The notes: generated by a model from the letters alone, not told the origin. 64,000 bases of DNA from Myxococcales bacterium (GCA_037445065.1 JBBILD010000006.1:64001-128000); one strand, 5' to 3'; shown: positions 29,053-39,424, numbered from the stretch's first letter. Numbers and translations are program-made.

Positions 29053-29925
29053 TTACACCTTCCGGCACGGTTCGAGGACTTGCCGTGCGAAGGCCTCGAG
29101 GCCGGGCACCAGTCCGTCCGCGTCGAACGCCGGGGGCGGGATTACCAGCCGCCGGATGCCGAGCGCAGCGTACCGCGCGACGGCGTCACGATCGAGCGTG
29201 AATGCCCCGCAGGTGAGTTCCACTTCTTCCGGGTCACGGCCGATGCGCGCACACTCCGCGCGCAACACCGACAAGAGCCGTGGCAGAGTCTCGAAATCCC
29301 CCTGCGCCGGGAAGAAGCCGTCGCCGAGGCGGGCGGCGCGCCGGGCTGCTGCTTCCGAGTGGCCGCCCACGATAATCGGCACGCCTGGTTGTTGGATGGG
29401 CTTGGGGTTGGATTCCACCGCTTCCCAGGCGAAGAACTTGCCGTGAAAGGGCTCCGTCTCAGGCTTCCACAGGGCACGGATGGCGCGAATCGCCTCGTCC
29501 GTACGGGCCCCACGTTGCTCGAACGGGACGCCGAGGGTGGCGAACTCCTCTGCGAGCCAGCCGCTGCCAATACCGAGAAGCGCGCGCCCCCGGGACAGCA
29601 CATCCAGTGTGGCCACTTCTTTGGCCACGTACGCGGGATGGCGTTGCGGCAGGATCAAGATGCCGGTGCCGAGGCGCAGCTCCTTGGTCAGGGCGGCTGC
29701 GTAAGCGAGCGGCAGCAAAGGGTCGGACAGCGGCACGTTGTCCGGCGCCGGCATCCTGCCGTCGGCACTGTACGGGTATTGGGAGCGATAGCCGACCGGG
29801 ATGACGACGTGCTCGACCGTCCACACTGACTCGAACCCCAGGCGCTCCGCGTGCCGCACGAGGGTTTCGAACAGGTCGGGGTACGCGAACGGGCCCGCAT
29901 TCGCGAACATGAGGCCAAAGCGCAT
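29053..29925 (-). CDS. LLM-class (luciferase-like) oxidoreductase, probably F420-dependent
   Basis: GFESVWTVEHVV, LGTGILILPQRHP, LDVLSRGR, GW..EEF, GGHS.AA.RRA. Confidence 0.88.
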   Translation of the reverse strand: MRFGLMFANAGPFAYPDLFETLVRHAERLGFESVWTVEHVVIPVGYRSQYPYSADGRMPAPDNVPLSDPLLPLAYAAALTKELRLGTGILILPQRHPAYVAKEVATLDVLSRGRALLGIGSGWLAEEFATLGVPFEQRGARTDEAIRAIRALWKPETEPFHGKFFAWEAVESNPKPIQQPGVPIIVGGHSEAAARRAARLGDGFFPAQGDFETLPRLLSVLRAECARIGRDPEEVELTCGAFTLDRDAVARYAALGIRRLVIPPPAFDADGLVPGLEAFARQVLEPCRKV

Positions 29926-29945
29926 GGGCGACCTCCAGTTCCGCT

Positions 29946-30554
29946 TCAGGCTTGCGCGCTGGGGCGAGCCGACACCTCGGCGTACCAGCGGCTCAGGTTC
30001 TTTTGCTCAGGCTGGATGCGGATGTCCATGATGCGCCCGAAATCAATGCCGCACAGCGCGGTGATGTCGGCAATGGTGTAGTGGTCGCCGGCGATGAATT
30101 TACGGGTGGCGAGTTCCTCGTCCAGCCAGGCCAAGCGTTGCAGTGCCCACTTGCGATTCACCTCGCCCCACTGGGGAACTTGTTCGATGCGGCCCGCAAA
30201 GAAGGGGTGCAAGTTGCGGAACACCTGTGCGATGGGGATAAAGACTTCGAGTTCCATGCGCCGCTGCCACATCTCGACCAGAGCACGCTCGCGCGCGTCG
30301 CGGCCCATTAGGGGCGGTTCTGGATGGAGCTCTTCGAAGTACCGGCAGATGGCCACGCTCTCGGCGATGCACGTCCCGTCATCGAGTTCGAGCACGGGCA
30401 CGGTGCCGAGCGGGTTTTTCTTGCGGAACTCGGGCGAGCGATTGGCGCCCTGCATGAGGTCTACTTGCTCATACGGAACCTGGATGCCCTTTTCGGCGAG
30501 GAACATGCGCACTCGCCGCGGATTCGGCGCCAACTGCGAATCGTAAATCTTCAT
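29946..30554 (-). CDS. Glutathione S-transferase
   Basis: APNPRRVRMFLAEKG, NPLG.VPVL, ESVAICRY, YTIADI; start re-called at MKIYDS. Confidence 0.92.
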   Translation of the reverse strand: MKIYDSQLAPNPRRVRMFLAEKGIQVPYEQVDLMQGANRSPEFRKKNPLGTVPVLELDDGTCIAESVAICRYFEELHPEPPLMGRDARERALVEMWQRRMELEVFIPIAQVFRNLHPFFAGRIEQVPQWGEVNRKWALQRLAWLDEELATRKFIAGDHYTIADITALCGIDFGRIMDIRIQPEQKNLSRWYAEVSARPSAQA

Positions 30555-30585
30555 CGTCTGCCTCCTTTTTCTCGACGAATTTGCT

Positions 30586-31368
30586 TTACTCGAATTTTCC
30601 GTGCCGGCCTGCGCCTTGTGCAAAGCGTTGTGCACCGGCTAGCGTCTCACCACTGGCCAGAGTGGCGACGCCGTGCCGAAACTCGTTCTGCAACGCCTCG
30701 CGCAGCGCAAGCCCATCCTGCTCGTAGGCCGAGAGGCGATCGTGGCGCAAGCAGCTTTGCGGAAAGCGCGCGATCTCCCGCGCGAGCTGTTCGGCTGACT
30801 CTCGACTCGTACCGTCGGGTACCACACGATTGGCGAGACCCATCTCCAGTGCCTCCCGTGCCGAAACCGGCCGCCCTGTGAGGATGAGGTCGAGGGCGCG
30901 GCCGAGTCCGATCAGGCGCGGCAGGCGTACGGTGCCGCCGTCAAGCAGCGGCACGCCCCAGCGGCGGCAGAAGACACCGAACACTGCCGACTCCTCGACC
31001 ACGCGCAGATCGCACCACAGCGCCAGTTCGAGTCCGCCAGCGACGGCATAACCTGCCACCGCGGCGATGACCGGTTTGCTGAGCAGCATGCGCGTGGGAC
31101 CCATCGGGCCGTCGCCTTCCTCGCGCACCTCATTCCCCATGCCCTCGGCTACCGCCTTGAGATCCGCTCCGGCGCAAAAGTTCCCCCCTTCGCCCCAAAG
31201 CACCGCCACCAGGGCGTTGGGATCTGTGTCGAAAGAACGAAAGGCATCCGCGAGAGCGCGCGCGGTGTCTCGGTCCACCGCATTGCGGCGATGCGGTCGG
31301 GAGAGGACGACGGTCCACACCTCGCCCGCCCGTTCGATGCGTACCGCTTGGTTCTGCGATGCACTCAC
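30586..31368 (-). CDS. Enoyl-CoA hydratase / crotonase family
   Basis: RRNAVD, FCAGADLK, AVAGGLELALWCD, DLILTGR. Confidence 0.92.
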   Translation of the reverse strand: MSASQNQAVRIERAGEVWTVVLSRPHRRNAVDRDTARALADAFRSFDTDPNALVAVLWGEGGNFCAGADLKAVAEGMGNEVREEGDGPMGPTRMLLSKPVIAAVAGYAVAGGLELALWCDLRVVEESAVFGVFCRRWGVPLLDGGTVRLPRLIGLGRALDLILTGRPVSAREALEMGLANRVVPDGTSRESAEQLAREIARFPQSCLRHDRLSAYEQDGLALREALQNEFRHGVATLASGETLAGAQRFAQGAGRHGKFE

Positions 31369-31410
31369 GGAGGTCTCCCAAGCACGTGGTTGGTGTGTAC
31401 GCAGTTGGTC

Positions 31411-32316
31411 TCAGGCCGTGCTGCGGACGAAATTCACTACTACCTGGGCGAGTTCCTCGCCCTGGTCTTCTTGCAGAAAGTGACCAGCCCCCTGGATCGT
31501 GGTATGCGGCTGCCCTTGCGCACCGGGGATCTCGCGTTGGAGCACTTCGTCGGCTCCGCGCGTGATCGGATCGGAATCACTGAAGGCAGTGAGGAACGGC
31601 TTGCGCCAGCGGCGCAGCGCTTCCCAAGCGCGCCGATTGGGAGCCGAGGCAGGATCATCGGGTCGGGTCGGCACCAGCATCGGAAACTGGCGGGCTCCCG
31701 CCTTGTAGCGCTCTTCGGGGAATGGCGCTTCGTAGGCGCGGATCACTTCGGGCGGAAGAGTGGTCACGCAACCCATTTGGATGATCTGTCCGATTGGCAG
31801 CTCCTCGACTTCCTGAGAAAAACGCTGCCAAGCAAAAAAGGCGGGTGAAGGAGCCTGGTCGCCGGTCGGCAGGAAGGTATTGGCCGCCACTACCCGATCG
31901 AAGCGGTGGCCGTGTTCCGCTACTAGGCGCAGGCCGATGAGCCCGCCCCAGTCCTGGCACACGAGCGTGATGTGGTCGAGATCGAGCGTTCCGATGAAGC
32001 CCAGCATCCAGTCCACGTGGCGCTGGTAGGTGTAGTCTTCGCGGCGCGCAGGCTTGTCCGAGCGGCCGAAGCCAACCAAGTCGGGCGCGATCACGCGCAA
32101 CCCTGCTGACGCGAGGATGGGGATCATTTTGCGGTACAGATACGACCAAGAAGGCTCGCCATGCAGGAGGAGCACAGGGTGGGCCTGGCGCGGCCCCTCG
32201 TGCACGTAGTGGATGCGAACACCATCCACTTCCACGTAATGCGGCGCGAAGGGGTAAGCGGGCAGATCGCGAAAACATTCGTCCGGGGTTCTGAGAATTT
32301 CCATCGCTTTCTCCAT
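31411..32316 (-). CDS. Haloalkane dehalogenase
   Basis: LRTPD, HGEPSWSYLYRKM, GFGRSDKP, nucleophile QDWGG, GHFLQED; start at 32316 or 32304. Confidence 0.9.
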   Translation of the reverse strand: MEKAMEILRTPDECFRDLPAYPFAPHYVEVDGVRIHYVHEGPRQAHPVLLLHGEPSWSYLYRKMIPILASAGLRVIAPDLVGFGRSDKPARREDYTYQRHVDWMLGFIGTLDLDHITLVCQDWGGLIGLRLVAEHGHRFDRVVAANTFLPTGDQAPSPAFFAWQRFSQEVEELPIGQIIQMGCVTTLPPEVIRAYEAPFPEERYKAGARQFPMLVPTRPDDPASAPNRRAWEALRRWRKPFLTAFSDSDPITRGADEVLQREIPGAQGQPHTTIQGAGHFLQEDQGEELAQVVVNFVRSTA

Positions 32317-32454
32317 GCAGACGCTGCCTTTGTCCGCCTTTGTGTCCGCTAAGGCAAGCCAACCCCGAAACGCTCCTCTCTCCTCTGCGCGCCTTGCTCC
32401 ACGCGCCACACGGAGAACCGCAGCGGAAGCCGCCCGCGCGGACTTCCGCGTAAC

Positions 32455-32887
32455 AAGCGGCAAGCGGTGAAGGGCGAATGGTGCCGTTGGCGGGCAGGCG
32501 CGTGGTGGGCTTGGCCCGCTGCTTCCACGCCCACGCGCCGCGGAACACCCAACCCGCCGTCAGCGGAAAAGCTTAGGGGCGGCGCTTGTGGCTGTACGCC
32601 GTTGCCAAGGAGATGTAGGGGCAGGCCTTGTGCCTGCCCGGGTTGCAAATCGAACCCAATTCCCGAATCGGGTTAGGTGCGCTGAAACGTCCACGGCAGG
32701 TCCCTTGCCGGCACCACCACGTGCACGACCGAGACGCCGTGCGGCGGGAACCACGGGCGGCCACGAGGGCCGCCCCTGCCCCTTCTCGCAAGTGGCACCG
32801 GGCCGCGAGTCGCAGGTGCCGTTCACACGGACCATTCGCCATTCGCAATTCGCCCGTTACCGCTCGCTGCTCGCCCTGCGCAACGGG
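32455..32887 (-). repeat. Composite REP-doublet (REPIN-like) element, copy B
   Basis: GTAGGGGCAGGCCTTGTGCCTGCCC (32615-32639) and inverted partner (32755-32779) form a 165-bp unit matching 43401-43565; flanks match copies A and C. Confidence 0.85.
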
Positions 32888-32932
32888 CCGCCACACGGGG
32901 CGGCCGTGCAAGGGACGAAGCCTGGCGGGCTT

Positions 32933-34432
32933 TTATCCCTCCTTCACCCAATGCAAGGCGTTGCGCCGCACCAGCGCCATGATCGTGAGCTGCGGGTTGA
33001 TGCGGTTCGAGGTGGGGAACAGGCTGGCGTCCGCAACCGCCAGGTTCTCGTAGCCGTACACGCGGCCCCACGGGTCGCAAGCTGCCAGCGTTCTCGCTCC
33101 TGCGCGTGCGGTGCCCATCGGGTGGAAGGCCATCACGTCAATGCGGGCGGGCGACGCGTGCGCCCGTTCCAGTGCATGCACATCCTCCATCGAGCGCAGC
33201 ACGGGGAAGGCATTGATGCCGCTATAGACTTCTTGCGCGCCAGCCGCGAAGAACGCCTGCGCTGTGCGAGCAATGGCGAATAGCAATTTGCGCGTGTCGC
33301 GCCGGCTGAGCGAGTACCAAGCCAGCGGGCGCGGGTTGGATCCGAGGCTCCATACTCGTCCACAATCCTCATCGCTGATCAGCGCACCGAAGCTTGCCAT
33401 ACGTTCGAAGCGGGCCATGCGCTCTTGGAAGCGGTAGCCGAAGCCCGGGACCGCGGCGGCTTGCACTTCTGGCGGTACGAACTGGCCTTGGATGAATACC
33501 CCGTCGGGGATGAACTCGTCAATGTTGTACGCTTGCGGTACCTCTCGCCAGCCGCGGATGGGTTCGGGAAACACCGCGACCACGCGTGTGGCGGGATGCA
33601 AGTGCAGGTTGCGCCCCAACCAAGGGGCGCGCACTCCGGAAGCGAGCAGCATAGCCGGCGTGTGCAGCGCCCCGGCAGCGAGCACGACCAGGCGCGCCGT
33701 GACCACAATCCGCACCATACTCTTCTGCCCCCCGCCCGGGGTCGGTGTAGCAACAACCCCGAGGGCTCGGTTGCCATCGAACAAGATGCGGCGCACTTGG
33801 GCGTGGACCCACAACTCGGCCCCGTGCGCCACGGCTTCGGGGATTTTGCTCACCGACATGGCGAGCTTCCCATCGCTCGGGCAGCCAAAGGCGCATACCC
33901 CGGTTGCCAGACATCCACTCTCGTTGCGCGGGATGCGCGAGCCTTTCCAACCGAGTACGCGCTCTACCGCCTCTTGGATGCGGCCGTTGGCGGGGCCGTA
34001 CAACGCATCGGGCACGGGCTTGATGTGCAGGTCGTGCTCGATGGCGCGGTAATGCTCGTCGAGTTCGGTGGCGCCTTCCAGCCCGAATTCCCGCTCCCAG
34101 CGGGAGAGCACGAAGTCCGGGGTGCGGTAGCACGTGCCACTGTTCACTGTGGTGGTGCCGCCCACGCAGCGGCCGAGCGGGACCACGATGGGCGGCCGCC
34201 CCAAGGTTCCCGTGAGCCCGCCATCCCGGTACAAGCGGTCGAAGGCAAAGCGGACATCGCCGCGTAGGTCCTCGCCGGTAAAGTACCCGCCTTCTTCGAG
34301 GACGACCACCCGCCAGCCAGCGCGCGCCAACTCGCTGGCTGCCACGGCCCCGCCGGCGCCGCTGCCGACGATGACCACATCGGCGGTCATCCGGTGGTCG
34401 CGGGTGAGCTGGGCAGCGTCGAACACGGGCAT
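32933..34432 (-). CDS. GMC family FAD oxidoreductase
   Basis: GSGAGG dinucleotide fold, VGGTTTVNSG, C...G.C..GC, FHPMGTAR, DASLFP...INPQLTI. Confidence 0.93.
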   Translation of the reverse strand: MPVFDAAQLTRDHRMTADVVIVGSGAGGAVAASELARAGWRVVVLEEGGYFTGEDLRGDVRFAFDRLYRDGGLTGTLGRPPIVVPLGRCVGGTTTVNSGTCYRTPDFVLSRWEREFGLEGATELDEHYRAIEHDLHIKPVPDALYGPANGRIQEAVERVLGWKGSRIPRNESGCLATGVCAFGCPSDGKLAMSVSKIPEAVAHGAELWVHAQVRRILFDGNRALGVVATPTPGGGQKSMVRIVVTARLVVLAAGALHTPAMLLASGVRAPWLGRNLHLHPATRVVAVFPEPIRGWREVPQAYNIDEFIPDGVFIQGQFVPPEVQAAAVPGFGYRFQERMARFERMASFGALISDEDCGRVWSLGSNPRPLAWYSLSRRDTRKLLFAIARTAQAFFAAGAQEVYSGINAFPVLRSMEDVHALERAHASPARIDVMAFHPMGTARAGARTLAACDPWGRVYGYENLAVADASLFPTSNRINPQLTIMALVRRNALHWVKEG

Positions 34433-34439
34433 GGCGCGC

Positions 34440-35360
34440 TCAGGAAAGGACAGCCGCTCGCGGGAACGGTCCCTTCTCGCCGCGGGCGCGGCGGGAGCGG
34501 GCCTCGGCGAGCTTTTGCTCGAGGTACGAGTCGCCGCCGAGCAGTGAGGAGCGTAGTTCTTCCCTGCGAAAGGCGTGCAGGCCGAGCAAGAGTTTCAGTA
34601 TGTGGATCGGCTGCCGGCGCAACATCCAGCGGCTTTCCTCCATCGCTTCGAGGATGGTCACGCGTTCCTGCCACGGCAGCGCACGCAAGCGGCAGCTGCG
34701 GCTGTGAAACAAGACAGGGTTCCAGTCGATCCACTGCAAGAGAATGGAGAACCCACGCGGTGCGAGTGGCCCGAAAGAACGGAACTGGCCCTCGACTTCG
34801 GCGACCAACGGTGCCGCATCCACGCGGGCTGCCTGACCCGACGGCGGAAAAAGCGCCTCGGCAATAGCTTGCAGAATCTGGCGCGAGCGCGGCGAGAGCC
34901 CGGGCGGCGCCGGTGCGGTGGCGGCGTAGGTGAGACAGGCGAGCAGCGCCAAGCTGGCGTCTACCAGGAAGTTCGCCAGATATATGAAGTGCGCGGCATG
35001 AGTGGCGAAGAACCAGAGGCAGGTAAGGCTACTGGTGGCCTTGCCGATGGCGAGCGGAAGCATGAGCAAGCGGCGCTCGGTCGGCGCTGGAGCGATGAGG
35101 AACGCGAGCGCGGTGACCACCGCCATGTAGGCCACGCCGAGGCTCAGCCAGAAGCGATGAGAGGTGAGCGGCGCGGGGGGAAAGCCAAGCCAACTACCCG
35201 CAGCATTCAGGGCACCGATGGTGCCGTCCGGAAACAAGAAGAACAGGGCTCCGACCACCGCGAAGGTCCAGCCGAGGACGCGGTACACGAAGCGTAGCAA
35301 GGGGTCGAGGGGACCATAGGCAGCGCCGAGCCGTTCCACCTGCACGTCGCTATCGCGCAT
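34440..35360 (-). CDS. Membrane protein (about 4 TM) fused to a gluconate-2-dehydrogenase subunit-3-like domain
   Basis: Hydrophobic N-half; C-half 'LSPRSRQILQAIAEALFP...LRALPWQERVTILEAM' resembles small subunits found next to GMC genes; 7 bp upstream of the GMC gene. Confidence 0.55.
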   Translation of the reverse strand: MRDSDVQVERLGAAYGPLDPLLRFVYRVLGWTFAVVGALFFLFPDGTIGALNAAGSWLGFPPAPLTSHRFWLSLGVAYMAVVTALAFLIAPAPTERRLLMLPLAIGKATSSLTCLWFFATHAAHFIYLANFLVDASLALLACLTYAATAPAPPGLSPRSRQILQAIAEALFPPSGQAARVDAAPLVAEVEGQFRSFGPLAPRGFSILLQWIDWNPVLFHSRSCRLRALPWQERVTILEAMEESRWMLRRQPIHILKLLLGLHAFRREELRSSLLGGDSYLEQKLAEARSRRARGEKGPFPRAAVLS

Positions 35361-35449
35361 GGCGGTTGGTTACCCGGAAACGCGCGCCTTGGAAAGACGC
35401 CCCGGATTCCCACAAAAAACCTTGGAGAGGGGCAGGCAGAGGGTTTGGG

Positions 35450-36631
35450 TCAGGGCTTTGGTCGCGGTTCCCGGGGGGGACGAAGCGCGGACGGCGGTAC
35501 CACCAAGCGCTCTTTTGCTTCCTCTTGCTCTTTGGCGAGACGGAGCTGCTGCTGTAGGGCAAGAGCCGTCTCGACCAGGCTCCGCAACAGGGGGATGTTG
35601 CGATGCGACTCGGGCTCTTCGCGCAGCGCAAGCGCCACCGCCAGGGACATCTTGGCCAACTCCGGTTTGTCCAACTGGTGGAAGGCGTAGGCGAGTTCCT
35701 CGAAACGGTAGATCCACCGCTCACGCTGCTGCCCTGTGAACGCCGCCTCCAGGGCTTCCCGCACGATATCTTGTTCGCGCTCGCGGATTTGCAGTTCGCT
35801 CAGCACCAGCGGGCTTTGCCTCGCCTCCAGTGCCTTTTCCACGTAAGGAGTGAAAAACTCGTCGAGCAAAAACGGTAGGAACGAACGCTCCTTGGCCAGT
35901 TCTTGCGCGCGGTCGAGGAGGGTCGGATCGCTGCGCACCGCGTCGGCGTCGAGGAGTTCGTAGATCGGGCAGCGCATCTCTCCGGGCAAGTCGCGGCCGA
36001 ACCAGCGCTCGCGGAGGTGCAAAAAACTCTCTCTAGGGAAGGCGCCGCGCTGCCGCAGGGCCAATTCTGCGCGACAGAGCAGAAAGTCCACGTAGCGCGG
36101 ATCGGCCGGGAACACCTCGAAGCCCGCCTCCCGTCGTGAGTCCATCCACACCCGAATGATGCGTTTCTCCGAGGCACCCAGCAGCCCGCAGTCGTACAGT
36201 TCATCGGGCGTGAACAAGCCGTACACCGCTTCGCAACGGCCGAGTTGCGGCCGAATCAGCAGGGCACAGCGGATATCGCCGCCACGCAAGTCGGTGAGGT
36301 AAGCCTTTAAGGTCGGGGTGCGGCTCTCGGTGGGCACGGGAGTTTCTTCCTGGTTCGGGGCGACCAGGCCTTTTTGGGCCAGCCGGAAGCGGCTGCGGTG
36401 GATCTCCCGGCGCAACAGTTTCTCGCTGGCCTGTGGCTCGAGTTCGCGAAGCGCAGCCAGTGCCTCCTCGCTCGGAATGGCCCCTAGCCGCTCGACCACG
36501 GCGAGGTCAGCAGCTGGGTCGCGCCCGAACACGGCGCACAGCTCGGCCACGCTCGCTTCGGGGCCCAGGCCCCACTCGGCCAGCCGTTTGCGTCCCGCCG
36601 CCAGGGTTCGCTCCCGCTCTCGTTTGCTCAT
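35450..36631 (-). CDS. Hypothetical helical protein
   Basis: 393-aa ORF with protein-like composition, ATGA-coupled to the M23 gene; no motif recognised. Confidence 0.7.
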   Translation of the reverse strand: MSKRERERTLAAGRKRLAEWGLGPEASVAELCAVFGRDPAADLAVVERLGAIPSEEALAALRELEPQASEKLLRREIHRSRFRLAQKGLVAPNQEETPVPTESRTPTLKAYLTDLRGGDIRCALLIRPQLGRCEAVYGLFTPDELYDCGLLGASEKRIIRVWMDSRREAGFEVFPADPRYVDFLLCRAELALRQRGAFPRESFLHLRERWFGRDLPGEMRCPIYELLDADAVRSDPTLLDRAQELAKERSFLPFLLDEFFTPYVEKALEARQSPLVLSELQIREREQDIVREALEAAFTGQQRERWIYRFEELAYAFHQLDKPELAKMSLAVALALREEPESHRNIPLLRSLVETALALQQQLRLAKEQEEAKERLVVPPSALRPPREPRPKP

Positions 36632-37998
36632 CCTTCACTCCTTTGTTCACGGGTCGAGCGCAGCGGGAAAGAACGCAGTTTGGCCAAGATGTGCCGCTCG
36701 ATCCAGCCGGCGTCCCACCACTCCACCGGGTCCACATGCACCCCGTACAACAAAACGGAGAAATGCAGATGGTCTCCTCCAGCCAGGCCGGTTTCGCCGG
36801 TTCTGCCGAGTTCCTGTGCCTTGCGAACGGTCTGCCCGGCGCTGACAGCAATGCTGCTCAAATGCCCATAGAGCGTGAACAAACCCAGCCCGTGGTCCAC
36901 GATCACCGTATTCCCATAGATGCCGAGGGTGCCCGTGAAAACCACTCGTCCGTGGTTTGCGGCTTCCACGGGGCTCTGCCGGAGCGAGGCCAGGTCGAAG
37001 CCCTGATGCGTCTGGCGGTCAATCTCATTTCCGTTGTAGACGTAGGTGCGCCGGTCAGCGAACGAACTGAGCGGCGCGGAATTTGGCTGGCGGTGGAAGC
37101 GACCGTCCCACAGCACGTGCGGTGCGCTGCTCGCGGTAAGCTGGCGAATGCGCGCTTCGTTTTGCTTGCGCAGTTCGCGGTTGATGTAGAGGTAGCGCTG
37201 GAGCAAATCGCCGTGCGCGGAAAGGCCAGCGTCGCGTTCGATCTCGGGCACCTTGCGGGCCAGAAACTCGTCGTCAATCGTCAGGGTTCGCTGGGCGAAG
37301 CGTTGCGGCAGCACTTGCACCGGCACTGGCAAGCGGGCTTGGTTACCGGCGGAGTCGGTGCTTACCACCAGCGGTTGGGCTTGTACATCGAGATCGTGGG
37401 GAACAGCGAAGAGGGCAAGGGCGAGATCCGGGTCTTCGAACACGCCGCGGGTGGCAGGGAAGAAGTAGGGTCCGACTTCGATGCCGCTGCGCACGGTATC
37501 CGCAGATTCGCGCCAAACGGCCAGCTCCACGCCGCCTAGCCGTACGTTGTGCTGTTGGGTGAGAAGCTCCACACGAGGCGGCGTGAAGTCGAGCTGCACA
37601 CTGCGGCTCCACACCGGTGCCCGATCGAGCGGCCGCCAGCGCCACGCGTAGGTGGACAGCCAGAGTTCGAGCTGGGCTTCGCCGTCCGGCAAGGAAAACT
37701 GGCTCCAGTCGGGTGTTACGTGCAACTCGTAGGTTTCGATGCCGCTTCCGCGCCAGTGAATCGGCGTGAACTGAGCCTCGTGCAGGAGATACAGATTGCC
37801 GGCCGCGCGCAGGCGTAGGGCGACCTGTGCGAGTCCGGGCCCCGGCACGTGCACGCTGAGGTCAATGCGGCTCCCTCGCCCCAGGGTGGCGAGGAGAGCG
37901 CGGTCGTCTACAGTTACCTCGCCATCTCGTTTCGCCCACCAAGCACCGCCCGCCAGGGAAGCGGCCAGGAACGCGAGCAGGACAAAAACACGCCGCAT
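36628..37998 (-). CDS. M23 family metallopeptidase
   Basis: N-terminal TM/signal; HQGFD, YGN...DHG, YGHLS, HLHF Zn ligands; start re-called at MRRVFV. Confidence 0.92.
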   Translation of the reverse strand: MRRVFVLLAFLAASLAGGAWWAKRDGEVTVDDRALLATLGRGSRIDLSVHVPGPGLAQVALRLRAAGNLYLLHEAQFTPIHWRGSGIETYELHVTPDWSQFSLPDGEAQLELWLSTYAWRWRPLDRAPVWSRSVQLDFTPPRVELLTQQHNVRLGGVELAVWRESADTVRSGIEVGPYFFPATRGVFEDPDLALALFAVPHDLDVQAQPLVVSTDSAGNQARLPVPVQVLPQRFAQRTLTIDDEFLARKVPEIERDAGLSAHGDLLQRYLYINRELRKQNEARIRQLTASSAPHVLWDGRFHRQPNSAPLSSFADRRTYVYNGNEIDRQTHQGFDLASLRQSPVEAANHGRVVFTGTLGIYGNTVIVDHGLGLFTLYGHLSSIAVSAGQTVRKAQELGRTGETGLAGGDHLHFSVLLYGVHVDPVEWWDAGWIERHILAKLRSFPLRSTREQRSEG

Positions 37999-38248
37999 GG
38001 TTGCGCGCTGGCCTAGCAAGGAATCCTGCGAAGAGCCACGAGCCGTTTCCTCGAACGAGCCACGGCCAGGCAGCAGCCCCGGGAGGGAAAAAAGACCCCG
38101 GGCCCTGAGGCTCTGTTTTGAAGTGGGGTGCTGCTGCGCACAAGCGCGGTGGCGGTTACGGCACGGGGTGAGTTGCTCGAGCAGCGCGCCAACGGCTAGA
38201 CCGTTTACCCTGCTGCGCTGCAGGCGCGGGAACAGGTAGGTTCCTGAA

Positions 38249-39416
38249 ATGCGAATCTCTGAAGTTGCTGCGAACGAACTCGAGCGGTTGCGCGAGCAGG
38301 GGCTGTACCGCTGGCCGCGGGTGGTGGAAGGAGGGGCACGCACGTGGGTGCAGGTGGGTAGCCACCGCCTGCTCTGCCTTTGCTCGAACAACTACTTAGG
38401 GTTGGCGACCCACCCGGCTGTGATCGAGGCAGCGATCAGAGCGGCGCGCGACTTTGGAGTTGGATCGGGGGCGTCGCGATTGATCTCTGGATCGTTGCGC
38501 TTGCACGCTGCGCTGGAGGAGGAACTGGCTGCGTTCAAAGGTACGGAAGCCGCACTCCTGTTCAATTCCGGTTACCAGGCCAACGTGGGCGTGATTGCCA
38601 CTCTGGTGGGTGCGGACGATGCGGTGTTCAGCGACGCGCTCAACCACGCCAGTATCATAGACGGTTGCCGTTTGTCGCGCGCGCGGGTGGTGGTGTATCC
38701 GCACGCCGACATTGCCGCTCTTGCCGACTTGCTGGCACGCATCCCGGCACGGCGCCGTCTCATTGTGACTGACTCGGTGTTCAGCATGGATGGCGACTTC
38801 GCTCCGCTGCGCGAACTTTGCGAGTTGGCAGCGCGCCACGGCGCCTGGGTCATGGTGGACGAGGCGCATGCCACAGGTGTATTGGGCCGGCGCGGTGCCG
38901 GGCTGGTAGAAGAGCTGGGTTTGGAGGGGAGAGTGGACGTCCAAATGGGTACATTGAGCAAGGCCCTCGGCTGCTTCGGTGCCTATGTGGCGGGGTCGCG
39001 CGCGCTGGTTGACTTGCTCGCCAACCGTGCCCGCTCGTTCGTGTTCACTACCTCGCTGCCACCACCGGTGGTCGCAGCGGCGCGGGAGGCTGTGCGTTTG
39101 GTGCAGCAGGAGCCCAACTTGCGCCAGCGCTTGTGGGCGAATGCGAGGCGGCTGCAGCAGGCGTTGCGAGCGGCCGGAGCTCCGGCGCCGAGCCAGTGTT
39201 CGCATATCCTGCCAGTGGTGGTGGGCGACGAGCGGCGCGCCATGGAGCTTTCCGAGCGGCTCATTGCCGAGGGCGTCTGGGTGCAAGGGATCCGCCCGCC
39301 GACGGTTCCGCCCGGAAGCTCCCGCTTGCGCGTGACCGCCAGCGCGGCCTTGACCGAAGAGGATTGCGACCTAGTGGAACGGGCCTTTGCCCGTGTTTTT
39401 GCGGAGGAGCGAGACA

Positions 39417-39424
<8 letters not shown>
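38249..39424 (+). CDS. bioF: 8-amino-7-oxononanoate synthase
   Basis: [44 protein letters not shown]. Confidence 0.95.

Noticed and set aside
37999..38248. BirA operator upstream of bioF
   Set aside because: No convincing TGTAAACC-N-GGTTTACA-like palindrome
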